DNA of 64,000 nucleotides from Zootoca vivipara (taxonomy: Eukaryota), in contig NC_083280.1 of assembly GCF_963506605.1 (NCBI RefSeq), positions 56,358,001 through 56,422,000 on the forward strand, in the 5' to 3' direction. Below the pieces are notes generated by a model. That model was not told the origin of the DNA, did no database searches, and saw nothing but the letters and a program-made list of their open reading frames with translations. Shown here piece by piece: positions 1 through 12,075 of the stretch. How positions within the stretch are numbered: position 1 is the first letter of the stretch; the number at the start of each line of letters is the position of its first letter. The position numbers and the translations under genes were made by a program.

Positions 1-46
<46 letters not shown>
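1..46. repeat. (TTA)n microsatellite, probably an L2 tail truncated by the window edge
   Basis: Perfect TTA run; identical runs terminate L2 copies elsewhere in the window. Confidence 0.9.
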
Positions 47-172
47 TGTTTTTATTACAGTACCTTACAGCTGTTTCGGGCTTTGTATATCTACAAAAGA
101 ACTTGAGCTTAGCTTGGTAATACCGTATATGGGAAGCCAGAGCAGGTGGAGAGCATGCAACACTGTCCAGAA

Positions 173-245
173 CAGGGGTCAGCAAACTTTTAAATGTGGG
201 GGGGCTGGTTCATTGTCCCTCAGAACTTGTGGCGGGCTAGACCGT

Positions 246-276
<31 letters not shown>

Positions 277-1258
277 TGCCTTCCTTCCCTCCCGGCGTTC
301 AGATGGAGCAGGCTGGGCTGGGTCTTGGCTTGTGCTGAGGGGCCACAGCCACCCTGCCAGGAAGGGCCCCTACCCCGGGGTGTCCATGACCATGCTAAAG
401 TGCCACCGCCAAGCAGCACAGAGGAGTCCTCCTCCTCCTCTTACTCCTCCTCCTCCCTCCTCGCAGGCTCTCTGCTTCCGCGGCGCTGCTGGGCTCTCCG
501 AGCGCTCTGCGCTGCAGCAGCCGCCAGTTCTGGGCTGCAGGGTGGCAGGCCTCCTCAGCCGGGCCAGGCAGAGGCCCGGGTGCTCCGCCCGGTGCTGCCG
601 CGCGCTCCATGCAGCTGCCAGTTCTGGGCTGTAGGGAGAGCAGGCAGGGCGTGCGTGCGCAACCTGCAGGAATCAATGCGCTCCCATCTGCGGTGCGTGC
701 AAATGGCCCGGGAGGGCCGCCTCCGCTGCCAGGTCAGGTCCCCGCCGTAGCTGCAGGCTTCCCAAGGGGGCCGCCTGCAAAGCGCCGCACCGAGGCTCCC
801 TGGGAGAAGGCGCGTGGGGGCTTAAACCAGAGGCAGCGGGGAGCGGATTCTGGCCCCGGTGATGACAGGCGTGGCAGTCCCCTGAGCCAAAGCGCAGCTC
901 GGGGGACTGGCGGCAGCAGCGGGGCTTCCTCAGGGAAGGCAGGCAGGCGACAACAGCCCTGGAGCCGAAGCTCAGCGGGTGCTGCTTGCCGCCTGTCAAC
1001 CTGCCTTCCCTGCCAGTCTCCCGAGCCGAAGCGCAGCTTGGGGACTGGCGGCGGCAGCGGGGCTTCCTCGGATCGGCAGCTGGGGGCGGGGCGGCAGGAG
1101 GCTGGCGGGGAGGGCCCGATGCATCCCTCTGGCCGGGTCGGCCGTCGTGGCACGTGACCAGGCAACAAATCGCCCTTCTCGTCGCGGCACGTCGCGGCAC
1201 ACCAGCCAGCGTCTCGTGGCACACTAGTGTGCCACGGAACAGCGGTTGAAAAATGCTG
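173..1258. mobile_element. GC-rich non-autonomous hAT-type element(s), apparently chimeric
   Basis: Left end CAGGGGTCAGCAAAC resembles the reverse complement of the 53370-53511 right TIR; right end GGTTGAAAAATGCTG is a different hAT TIR type; flanks do not form a TSD; internal ~50-bp repeats near 882 and 1022; (CA)n at about 250-276. Confidence 0.65.
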
Positions 1259-1559
1259 TATTATGTGATGGTTTGTGGTGGTTTGCCAGTTCAACAGCTG
1301 GCAAATCCACAACTCATTCATTTTGTGACTGAGCTCAGAGCAATAACTATTATCACTCAGACAGATATTTGAATCGGTACAAAAAAAAAATTAGTCTCTT
1401 GTCTCTGAGCTTTCAGTCCTTGTCTCACAACTTTTGAAATACCGGTAGTTCACTGTGCTTGTTCAAAGGCATACATTCAGAATGATTCACAATAAACATA
1501 TTTTATTGTATCTCCTGGTCTATTGCATTATTACAGAGTCAGATTCCATTGTGAATCTT

Positions 1560-1830
1560 TCTAAAAGGGAAACTCTCACTCTTTTAGATGTATCCTGCTT
1601 CAGACAGCCTTTTTTATCTAACCCATAATCATTCTTTTCACAGCACATCCTGTCTCATTTTTGTATCCCATGGACAATCTTTGCTTTGCTCTTTTCTTAA
1701 ACTTAATTGATTTCGCTTGTCCATGAGCCTGTATACTTGATCTCGGATCCAAGCCTCTTTTATCTTATCCATTTGAACTGCACAGCTTCTTCGGCAATTT
1801 CTATGATGTTGGGTTGAAGGCACAAGTTAC
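1560..1830 (-). mobile_element. Highly decayed RTE-type ORF2 relic (EN-RT linker)
   Basis: Minus-strand frames give IIEIAEEAV and KIKEAWIRDQVYRLMDKRNQL, resembling the RTE linker motif EAAEE..PWISDETL.LMDERR.LK; frameshifted. Confidence 0.35.
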
Positions 1831-2218
1831 TACTCACCCTTTGTACTTCACAGCACATTCTGGGTTTTTTTAATATTTAAAAAAAATGACTCCTGGTTGG
1901 TTTTCCACTTCCAGATACTGCCCATGTGCAAAAGGTTTCCTTGTTTGCTGAGCCACAGACCATAATTCTTAGACTGCAATCCTCATATACACTTGCTGTC
2001 AGGGACTGGCTAGACAATGATGAATGGTGGGAGGCTCCAAATTGAGAACTCCCTAGGGAAGCTTCAGAAAAGGAAGGCTCAGAGCCAGGAGAGTGTTGGT
2101 GGGACACAGGAAACAGGTCAGAGCACCAACCAACTATGAAAAACTTGAAACGATAATACATTTACTGTAATACAATTGATCTGAAACTTTATTGAACTTG
2201 TTGTGTAGCTTCCATGTG

Positions 2219-2993
2219 TCATGCTGATGACACAACCTTGATGGCAGAAAGTGAGGAGGAATTAAAAAACCTTTTAATGGGGGTGAAAGAGGAGAGCACA
2301 AAATATGGTCTGAAGCTCAACATCAAAAAAAAAACTAAGATCATGGGCACTGGTCCAATCACCTCCTGGCAAATAGAAGGGAAAGAAATGGAGGCAGTGA
2401 GAGATTTTACTTTCTTGGGTTCCATGATCACTGCAGATGGTGACAGCAGTCATGAAATTAAAAGACGCCTGCTTCTTGGGAGAAAAGCAATGACAAACCT
2501 AGACAGCATCTTAAAAAGCAGAGACATCACCTTGCCAACAAAGGTCCGTATAGTTAAAGCTATGGTTTTTCTGGTAGTGATGTATGGAAGTGAGAGCTGG
2601 ACCATAAAGAAGGCTGATTGCCGAAGAATTGATGCTTTTGAATTATGGTGCTGGAGAAGACTCTTGAGAGCTCTAAGAAGATCAAACCTATCCATTCTGA
2701 AGGAAATCAGCCCTGAGTGCTCACTGGAAGGACAGATCCTGAAGCTGAGGTTCCAATACTTTGGCCACCTCATGAGAAGAGAAGGCTCCCTAGAAAAGAC
2801 CCTAATGCTGGGAAAGATTGAGGGCACAAGGAGAAGGGGACGACAGAGGACGTGATGGTTGGACAGTGTTCTCAAAGCTACGAACATGAGTCTGACCAAA
2901 CTGTGGGAGGCAGTGGAAGACAGGAGTGCCTGGTGTGCTCTGGTCCATGGGGTCACGAAGAGTTGGACACGACTAAACGACTAAACAACAACA
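2219..2993 (+). mobile_element. RTE-BovB LINE, 5'-truncated, RT C-terminal part
   Basis: ORF 2214-2855 ADDTTLMAESEEELK..GLKLNIKKTKIM..VMYGSESWTIKK..ELWCWRRLLR is typical BovB; (CAA)n tail; 12-bp TSD AGCTTCCATGTG (2207-2218, 2994-3005); premature TGA near 2853. Confidence 0.95.
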
Positions 2994-5281
2994 AGCTTCC
3001 ATGTGATGTTTCTATAATGAATCAGAAGCCCCAAAGGTGCTAACTCCCTGAGTGCCCAAGCACCCACAAAATTCCCCATAAAGGAACTGGACACCTACAA
3101 ATTTCAGTGCCAGGGCCATACATGCTGTGTGAAACCCATGGCTCTGGGCACTCACGGTTGCGGGATCACGTTGGCACTCCTGAGAAGCCCTATTGTGTAT
3201 ATGGAATTACATCTGTAGTTGTCTGGATTGTTGATTCCAGCTTTATTACTGTGAACATCTACTTTCCTGGACACCTGGCCTAGAGTGATGGCCTCAACAT
3301 AGATCAGAAAGACATGTTCAACCAGATTGCCTAACATTGTATCTGATACACCACATCACTCCCAAAGTCAACCATTTGATCGAAGCCACACTTACTTTGT
3401 TACAATGTAGGCCAGTTTCTCTGTGTACCAGATTTGTACCTAAAACTAGAGTACAGCTTATTTTGTAAGCAGGGTGTTTATTTCTTCAAGATGTGACATC
3501 TTACGCCCAGTTCGAATTGCTCCTATCATGTCCATGCAAAAAGCACCAACTGCCCCTGAGAATGTGATGTGTCACCTACAGAGAATGGGATATATCACCC
3601 AAGGCACTCTGAGATACAGGTGTGGTTCCGTAGCAGCCCCTTGGGCATTACAGTACAGCAGAACATTTTAATTATTCAGCTCCAGCGATCATAGAAATCG
3701 GACTCACTCCCAGGTAAACTGTAACCAAACCCAGAAGCAGCTTAAGTCATCCTTTGCATTCCCCATGTGATAGTTAGGATTCACTTCTGCCAAAGACTGT
3801 GAATGTCTGAAGCAGCCCTTAGCTAGTCCATATTAAGCTTTGGTCATTTTGCTGGTTGGGATCTAGATTTATATGAGACACTGGAATTATATGCACATCT
3901 GCAAATACCAAAAGCAAATGTTCAGACTTTGGTGGGATATATCAACTCTTGCAACCCAGGGTGGCTGCTTTTCCTTGCAGATGATGGAAGCACTATTTTG
4001 AGAGTATTACGTGTTGCAGAATGTTCTGGTGCAGTGCTACTGCCCTTTCATTGTCTATGCCATCCCATATCTTACATGCATTTTTTACAGCATGTGTTGT
4101 GATATGTCAAGATGATTAGACTATACCAGGTGATTAAGCTATAGAGGGGTAGCGTTGGCTTAACTATTGCTTCTCATGGGATCAGCTCCCTCCCGCACCC
4201 CATCTCTGATATGAATTCCCCAGCGATGCAACAGTGCGATCCCAGAACAGTGCTGTAGCAACAGTGTTCAGCTGATTTGTACAGCAACTCTTGCTTCTGA
4301 TTTACCCAGCCATGTAATTGTGCAATAAATCAGCAGGAAGAAATAAAGCATTTTGAACAAGGTAGAAAACGAGCACATCCTTAACCAGGCATTACTTCTG
4401 GTGTCAGAGAGAGTGGAAAATAACAGCAGGGCCTAAGCCAAAGGTGGAAACAGTGCAATCTATGACAGGATCTGTGTTTCCCCCTCATCAGAGTTAATGC
4501 AAGATCTCTGTAAACTGTAACAGTGAAATATGACCTCTCTAACCCAGGCCAAAGAAACAGTGTGGCTACATCAGTTCCTAGGATCAGAAATGAGCTGAAT
4601 GTACTAGAATGCACATTAAATAGAAATTCATTAAACTGCCGGTGAAATCAAGGCCTGAAAGACAGGAGAAGAATGCATCAGATGCAGTTGCTAATCCTGA
4701 AATATACAGTAGGTCCATCCGTCCCTCAAATCTGGTCTGATCATTAGGTAGAGAGAAGCAGATTGGGGTGTAATCAAAGGAAAGCAAATTGTTTGCTCTT
4801 AAGAAATATATGCTTTGAGAATACCTACCCGGGGAACGCGGTGAAATGGTCCACTAGTAAGAACAGCCAGCCATTGCGATGCCGTGATTAAGTGAGGAAT
4901 TTCCACATATACTATAAAAGAGACAACTCTGTTACCACTGCAAGTGTGGATCAGCTGACTAAAAATCCACATCTGGCACAAGCTGCTAATGCAAGTCAAA
5001 ACAGCTAGTTATTTTATTTATTTGTTTCTTTGTTTGTTGCATTTATATCCCATCTTTTTCTCCAAACATTTGTTTCAAGCCCTGAAGAGGCTGAGAGGAA
5101 GGGTATGTCAGAAGGAAAACAAATTGATACTGAGTTTTACATAGATTAGCAACTTTGTATTAATGTAACTTTTTTATATGCAACTGTGTGTTTTGCACCA
5201 CAGCAGAAACCAACAGTTTGTTGGAATAAGCAAGAGCCTTTAATTAATACCCACAATACTGGAAGGGATGAGGTACTAGAG

Positions 5282-5716
5282 CAGGGGTTCCCAAACTACG
5301 GCCCGGGGGCCGGATGCGGCCCAATTGGCCTGCCAATCCGGCCCGCGACGACCCCCGCCGCCCGCCACCGCCCGCTCTTACAGCGCGCAGCGCGGCAGCG
5401 CTCTTCCGGGTCAGGAAAAAAGCGCCGAAAATCCTTTGTGCGCATGCGTATGGGCCTCTCCCGACCCGGAAGAGGTCATTTCTGGTGCACTTCCGGGTCG
5501 GGGGAGGCCCATACGCATGCGCACAACGGATTTTCGGCGCTTTTTCCACCCTAGAAGCGCGCCGCCGCGCCAGTAAGCACCCGTGCGCATGCGCATGGGC
5601 ACGCACTCCCCCGCCCGCCGGCCCGCACAGGCGCGCGCTCCCCCTTGTCCTCCGGCCCGCCGCACGATCGGCGCGGTGGGAACCGGCCCAAACGCCGGTA
5701 AGTCTGGGGACCCCTG
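5282..5716. mobile_element. hAT (Charlie-type) MITE, 435 bp, with long internal hairpin
   Basis: TIRs CAGGGGTTCCCAAACT / AGTCTGGGGACCCCTG; perfect 8-bp TSD TACTAGAG. Confidence 0.92.
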
Positions 5717-6022
5717 TACTAGAGGATGTGGGAACAGAGAGCTAGGTGCCCTTTCTGAGTTGCCTATTTCAGCTTTGCTTCCACCTTTCCTGCTTGCTTC
5801 TGATGTAATCAGTAATGGCTGGTGTTGTTAATTCAAATATACAGTTTAAATTTTACCAGCCTGTTCATTTTCCTTGTTGTGAGGCAAACACTTCCTCTGC
5901 AACATAGTTTCTGTTAGCGAACTCCTTCATTGTCACATACCACATCCACCGGTTGTGTCAGATGGCCCTGCTCTCAGGTGCCAATGATGTTTAAAGATTG
6001 TACTAGGGTTTTTTTTTTAAAA

Positions 6023-6528
6023 AGAAAAGGTAAAGGACCCTTGGACGGTTAAGTCCAGTCAATGGCGACTCTGCGGCTGCGGCACTCATCTCGCTTTCAG
6101 GCTGAGGGAGCCGGCATTTGCCCACAGACAGCTTTCCGGGTCATGTGGCCAGCTTCTGGCACAATGGAACATCGTGACGGAAACCAGAGCACATGGAAAT
6201 GCTGTTTACCTTCTCGCTGTACCAGTACCTATTAATCTACTTGCACTGGTGTGCTTTCAAACTGTCAGGTTAGCAGGAGCTGAGACAGAGCAATGGGAGT
6301 TCACTCCACCACAGGGATTCAAACCGCCGACCTTCTGATTGTCAAGCCCAAGAGGCTCAGTGGTTTAGACCAGTGGTCCTCAACCTTGGGCCTCCAGATG
6401 TTTTGAGACTACAATTCCCATCATCCCTGACCACTGATCCTGCTAGCTAGGGATCATGGGAGTTGTAGGCCAAAAACATCTGGAGGCCCAAGGTTGAGGA
6501 CCACTGGTTTAGACCACAGTGCCACCCC
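6023..6528 (-). mobile_element. Sauria SINE interrupted by a MITE
   Basis: (ACCTTT) tail on minus strand, tRNA-like head; 15-bp TSD TTAAAGATTGTACTA (5991-6005, 6534-6548). Confidence 0.92.
6371..6506. mobile_element. 136-bp hAT MITE (URR1-like core) nested in the Sauria SINE head
   Basis: TIR CAGTGGTCCTCAACC; perfect TSD GTTTAGAC. Confidence 0.93.
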
Positions 6529-6711
6529 CACAATTAAAGATTGTACTACCAGTACAACAGGGTAAGTCGTCCCTAATGGTCTACAAGTTTTTGCCATGTA
6601 CACTATCTGATGTTACAGATGTGATGTGATCTTAATGCTTCGTTTTCACTGGCTGGAGGATTTTATCTGTCACTGTTTGCAAACAAAGCAAAGTTACTGA
6701 GCTAGCAGAAA

Positions 6712-6790
6712 GAGTCCTGTGGCACTTGAGTGACAGATTTATGTGGCATATGCTGTCATGGACCACAGCCCACTTCATCAGAGGTATGAA
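6712..6790 (-). mobile_element. Penelope-like element terminal fragment, decayed
   Basis: AGTCCTGTGGCAC...CCCACTTCATCAGA resembles reptile Penelope pLTR; minus strand has CTGATGA core. Confidence 0.55.
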
Positions 6791-7684
6791 ATGTATCCTC
6801 ATGCACATCATGGAGTAGTCTCCTTGTTCTGGCAGAGCTCTAACCTACACTTGTGATTTAATCATTAATACTTGAACTTCCCCACAAGAGAATTTGCTCT
6901 TTACATTCATTAGCAATTCTTCAGCAGATTAATTAGATGACTGCAAATTGAATTTTTTTTTAAAAGTGAAGTAGCTTTCTGGTTATTCATCAGGATGTGG
7001 GGAAACACTAAGAGAAAGCATGTTACTTGGGGAAATATGTCAAAAGTAATGTTCTCTTCCATTTTTAAGCCTGTTGACATAACTGAGAACAGGGGGCTGG
7101 CATACCTAATGAGTTCTAATTTTTTTCTCCATGCACAAATTGGAGGTTTTGGTGCAATGCTCTCTCTTCTTTTTTTTAAGAAAAAAAATAACCATGTGAC
7201 ATATGTGGAAATGAATGCTAATATAAGTAAGCCCTTTGCTGAAAATGCTAATTAAGCAGTTCAGTCCAATGGTTATGCTTCCATTAATCATGCTTCAGAA
7301 AACAAAATCAATTCTTTTGCCATTTCTGTTCACTATCTGAAATTCAACAGAGCTGAATTCAAAAACATTCTCACATTCATTTAGAGCTTCCTTTGTCATA
7401 CCTCTTCTCAAGAGAGGAAAGTGGTCATTTCAAGAAGCTGAAAATGGCAATTATGGATCTGTTTCCCAGAAGCTTTTTCAAATGTTCGGTCACTGAAATG
7501 CTCAGTGTTTGTCAATAGGGTGGATGCTGCAGGATGTAACAGCAGAGAAACCAGTGTGGAACTAGAATTTACCATTTGAATATACATACCATTTTTTTCT
7601 GGAAAGCTCTCTCTTAGCTTGCTTGCTAGCCTTTACTTAACAGGATTGCTAATGTCTATTCACAAATTCGTGAGAAAGACTATC

Positions 7685-7900
7685 TACATGCAGGGGGACT
7701 CCCTAACTCCCTGAGGGTTTGAGACCCATCAACTACCCTCACCTCGTTTAGCTGGTCAGTCAAAGCCATTCCTGAGGTGTGGCTGCTGTCACATGCTGAG
7801 AGCTTCAAGGAGCCACAGGTGACGGCTGAGCACAGGGTGGGAAACAGAGGTAGATAAAATACCCCAGAAAGAGCACAACATGTCCCGCACCAAAGGTACT
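7685..7900. repeat. Old interspersed repeat, family uncertain (possibly a LINE 5' region)
   Basis: Resembles a recurrent lizard repeat from recall; no TSD or TIR seen. Confidence 0.3.
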
Positions 7901-8109
7901 ACAAAGTTCATTTCACTTTTGTACAGAGCTTAGTTTATACTGCACCAGAATAATAATGATGGAAATGCAAGGGAAATATGCAGCTGGCAAAACCCATTCA
8001 TCCTTAACTGGGGTTCTCAAAAAGTAACTTGTATTAATTTCAGCAGAAATTATAATTTTAAAATGTGTTGGCTTGCCACCCAAGAATGTTACAGATCTGC
8101 ACTGCTCAC

Positions 8110-8111
<2 letters not shown>

Positions 8112-8153
<42 letters not shown>
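8112..8153. repeat. (GT)n microsatellite
   Basis: Perfect dinucleotide run. Confidence 0.95.
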
Positions 8154-8154
<1 letters not shown>

Positions 8155-8283
8155 CCATCTTGTATTTGTGTATTGTTAATAACTCTCATTTGCTTCTGAG
8201 CTGATCTGTGCTCTCTCTAACCTGTGTTTCAGGTTCCAAGCTGCTCTATATAAAACAAAGCACCATGTCCCCTGTTCACTATA

Positions 8284-8502
8284 CAGTGGCACCTCTGGTT
8301 ACAAACTTAATTCGTTCCAGAGGTCCGTTCTTAACCTGAAACCGTTCTTAACCTGAGGTACCACTTTAGCTAATAGGGCCTTCCCATTGCCGCCGGCACA
8401 CGGTTTCTGTTCTCATCCTGAGGTAAAGTTCTTAACCTGAGATACTACTTCTGAGTTAGTGGAGTCTGTAACCTGAAGCGTTTGTAACCCGAGGTACCAC
8501 TG
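8284..8502. mobile_element. Tc1/mariner (Tigger-like) MITE
   Basis: TIR CAGTGG(T)ACCTC / GAGGTACCACTG after TA; repeated TAACCTGA motifs; related copies at 16060 and 49927. Confidence 0.85.
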
Positions 8503-8982
8503 TGGTGCAGAATCCTTTGGGGGATGAAATTTACAAGCACAGGACCCCCTCAGAGTGGGTTATGCCTGCCAAATTGCAGCAAATTCATCAAGGGTTCCAT
8601 TGTCCTTTGTAATATGGAAGGTGGAAGGGAGGTTTCTCTTGCCCATTCTTACCTTAAATTAATTAAAGGTGTGTATTTTTGCCTGTACAAGCTTTACACC
8701 AGTCTTTCCTCTGGTCCTGTCTTGTGAATAAACCTTATGATGTAAGGCTGCACGAAATCTTGCCTCCAAAATTCTGAAGAGCTCTTGGGAGCGGGAATAT
8801 AAAGCAGAGCAACACAGAACTTAAAAAAAAAACTTTAATGACTATTTCAACTTCTTTTTTGTTTGTTTGTTTTTAAGTATCCTGTTTCAGTGGTTTAACA
8901 GCAACAGCAGCAAAACAATCCAGAGTTATTCCACAAGCAGCCTTTGGGCTGCCTCACTTGCTCCAAAGCTCATGGACCTAGA

Positions 8983-9070
8983 GAATCATAGAACTGTAGA
9001 GTTAGAAGAGATCCCAAAGGTCCAACCCCTGTAATGCAGGAATCTCAGTTAAAGCATCCATGACAGATGA
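8983..9070 (-). mobile_element. CR1 3' tail fragment
   Basis: AGAATCATAGAA is the reverse complement of the CR1 (ATTCTRTG) tail; similar to the 40925-41149 end. Confidence 0.7.
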
Positions 9071-9129
9071 ATAAGAGATACAGAAATATATGGAGCTATA
9101 AGGTACCAAAAATACAGGAACAGCAGAGC

Positions 9130-9464
9130 CAGCGGCGGAGCAAGCCGATCGGGCGCCTGGGGCAGCGCATGTGCCCTGCACCCAGGGGCGGAGGCCAGCC
9201 AGGGCAGGACGCTCCACGGGGCCTCTGAGGAGTCTGCCTGCCTCCTCCCACTCAGCCACCCTACAGCTGAGGGGAAGGCGGTGGGCGGACTGTTTGGGGC
9301 AGAGCCTGTGGGTGCCCAAGCCACCGTGTCATTCCCAGGAGAGACACGTGGCTCTAGCACACTGCAGGCCCAACTGTGAGTGCCGCCCGACATTTTGTCA
9401 CACATCCCCAGTGGTAACACCCAGGGGGGCTCACCCCCACTGCACCCCCTTTCCTCCGCCCCTG
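9130..9464. mobile_element. hAT MITE, 335 bp
   Basis: TIRs CAGCGGCGGAG / CTCCGCCCCTG; perfect TSD AGCAGAGC; paralog at 51620-51942. Confidence 0.9.
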
Positions 9465-9650
9465 AGCAGAGCAATACAAGATTGGGCTGATCTGAGGGGA
9501 GGCAGTATTGGCACTCTGGGAGATGGGGAAGGCCCCACAATGACCCTGATTCACCTCATGATTTGACCCACATGCACAGCCAACACACATCCCTATAATT
9601 TACCCTTCTCAGAGCTGGTATTCACTTTTAGCCCTTCAACATGGAAACCA

Positions 9651-9652
<2 letters not shown>

Positions 9653-9703
<51 letters not shown>
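9653..9703. repeat. (GT)n microsatellite
   Basis: Perfect run. Confidence 0.95.
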
Positions 9704-9705
<2 letters not shown>

Positions 9706-10328
9706 CATCTCCATCTGTCTCCTTTTCTGACTCCCATCCGTCTCTGTTCCTCTCACCTTCTGCTTCTATTCCTCCTCATGTCAATCCCTCCCCATTTATT
9801 TATTTTTAAAGAATGGTGGTGATGTAAAAACCATTACGGTCAGAACATGGCCCAGGAATGCCTGGCAAGAAAAGCAAGAATAGGATCTTGCTGTGGCTCT
9901 AGCTTTGCAAGTTGTTAACTTGTTTGGCTGCAGCAAACGTTAATTCAGAGGCTGATACTGCCAAGTCACAAAGATAGAAGACACATTGCAGAAAACAGCA
10001 GAGAAATGTTTAGAGCTGGGGGAAAGACCTGAGTTCTATGGTTCTGAATGACTGCCATATTTGAGGTCATCACAGAAAAATCTTCCCAGAGGTCAGATTG
10101 ACCAGCAATGATGATGAATCGTTCCTTCTCTTGCACTCTAAGTTCTGTAACTTTGAATTACCAAAAACGTATGTAGGCTATACTGGCAGAAATGTAACTC
10201 CCATCATTTTTATTTTTTCAAATGATAAAAGCATCCAGTAGGAGAGGGCGCTCTAATTTGATAGCAAAGAGGGACAGGTTGTGAAGGTGGCAATCTGGCT
10301 CCCAGTAAGTGTTTCCGAGCACAATTCC

Positions 10329-10460
10329 AATAATAATAATAATAATTTATTATTTATACCCTGCCCATCTGGCTGGGTTTCCCCGGCCACTCTGAGAGGC
10401 TTCCAACAGACATTAAAATACAATAATCTATTAAACATTAAAAGCTTCCCTAAACAGGGT
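10329..10460 (-). mobile_element. L2-clade LINE 3' tail
   Basis: Reverse complement of the 10725-10860 type tail, with (AAT)n. Confidence 0.85.
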
Positions 10461-10465
10461 TGCCA

Positions 10466-10765
10466 AAGTGTTGGTGCTGACCTTTAAAGTCCTAAATGGC
10501 CTCGGCCCAGTGTACCTGAAGGAGCGTCTCCACCCGCATTGTTCTGCCTGGACACTGGGGTCCAGCTCTGAGGGTCTTCTGCCAGTTTCCTCACTGAGAG
10601 AAGCAAAGTTACAGGGGACCAGAAAGAGGGCCTTCTCAGTAGTGGTGCCCGCCCTGTGGAACACCCTCCCATCAGAAATCAAGGAAATAAACAACAACCT
10701 CACTTTTAGAAGACATCTGAAGGCAGCCCTATTTAGGGAAGTTTTTAATGTTTGTGTTTTATCAC

Positions 10766-10807
<42 letters not shown>

Positions 10808-10881
10808 TTGTTGGGAGCCACCCAGAGTGGCTGGAGAAACCCAGTCAGATGGGCAGGGTAAATAAATAAATAAATAAATAA

Positions 10882-10921
<40 letters not shown>
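10466..10921 (+). mobile_element. L2-clade LINE 3' end (ORF2 C-terminus plus tail)
   Basis: KVLVLTFKVLNGLGPVYLKERL...RAFSVVVPALWNTLP...FRRHLKAALF is a classic L2 ORF2 C-terminus; (TAAA)n/(TTA)n tail. Confidence 0.9.
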
Positions 10922-10923
<2 letters not shown>

Positions 10924-11845
10924 GGTTTATCCTCCTCAGTACGCTGTTAGTGTGTGTTGGAGGTGAGCATCAGAGTTCAGCTTGTAAGAGCCAACCCACC
11001 ATGAGCAAGGCAGGCCAAAAGAAATGTAGCTTCCTAGTGCTGACAGAGAACTGAGGTAGAGGGAAGGTTGTCTTTTAACTAGCTACCTGACTGCTGATCA
11101 TTTAATAAAACTATGGCCCTTGGGTTCAGTCCAATTAATGCATCTCATGTTTTATTTCCAGGATGCTGGAGTAACAGAAATTTGGAGCTGTCATTCAAAA
11201 AGCAGCAAAGAGCAAAACTTTACTTACAAACTTTGACTAACACAGAAATGCATGGGCTGCCTGTCAAGCTCCTCCAAAATCAATACAATTGCTGGGAGGC
11301 TTACAGATTGGTGCTGCCTGTGGAGTAACTTATAACAAAGCCAACTTCTTACCTGCAAATTAGGTCCATTTCTTCAGGTGTCAGCATCCGTCCGGAATGT
11401 AATGAGATTTTCTCACATTTGTCATGAAAAGTCCTTATAAGTTTTACAGTCCAGAGCAGAATTAACTAAATTATTTTTTTTTCAGTTCCCATGAAACTCA
11501 TTGGGCCTTACTTCTGAGCAGACAGAAATATAGGACTGCAGTGACATTCACAAAACTGGGTGCCTAATTTTCACAGTGGCAGGATTTAAAGAATTATTAG
11601 CTTGTGTGTGATTTTGCATTGCTTCAGATAATTCTCAATAGGCTGAGCAGCTTGCTATCTTGCATGATGTCAGAATATTTCTGAAGAAAGTTAGCCCACT
11701 CAAAGACTGAGCCAGTTTGTCATTATGCTTACTGCCAGACCATTGCTCATTATCACTTCCCATTCAAATAGGTGATCAGCTTGCTGTTGTGATTTCTGTC
11801 GGGCTATTGCACATCCTCCCCTCATTCAGTGGAATTAGTCTAGCT

Positions 11846-11981
11846 CAGGCATAGGCAAACTCGGCCCTCCAGATGTTTTGAGACTACATTTCCCATCATC
11901 CTAGACAACTGGTCTTGTTAGCTAGGGATGATGCGAGTTGTAGTCCCAAAACGTCTGGAGGGCCGAGTTTGCCTATGCCTG
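11846..11981. mobile_element. 136-bp hAT MITE
   Basis: TIR CAGGCATAGGCAAACTCGGCCC; perfect TSD GTCTAGCT. Confidence 0.95.
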
Positions 11982-12075
11982 GTCTAGCTATACAACAAGT
12001 TGTACACCTGCAACTTGTTTTGTACACCTGCAATTAATGTTCAGAAACCTGTTGCTATATTTGAGATACTTCCTA

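Noticed and set aside
114-1321. Many overlapping 70-195 aa ORFs
   Set aside because: Stop-poor GC-rich MITE sequence; low-complexity translations in all frames
1638-2161. Minus-strand ORFs with a superficial CC-chemokine look (VYEDC, PGVIFF, EAWIRDQVYRL)
   Set aside because: Cysteine pattern incomplete, motifs lie in different frames and there is no coherent exon structure; an RTE ORF2 relic explains the 1638-1823 part better
11354-11465. Possible minus-strand exon ending CAG|GTAAG (LILLWTVKLIRTFHDKCEK...)
   Set aside because: Acceptor lacks a polypyrimidine tract, the peptide is unrecognised and there are no partner exons
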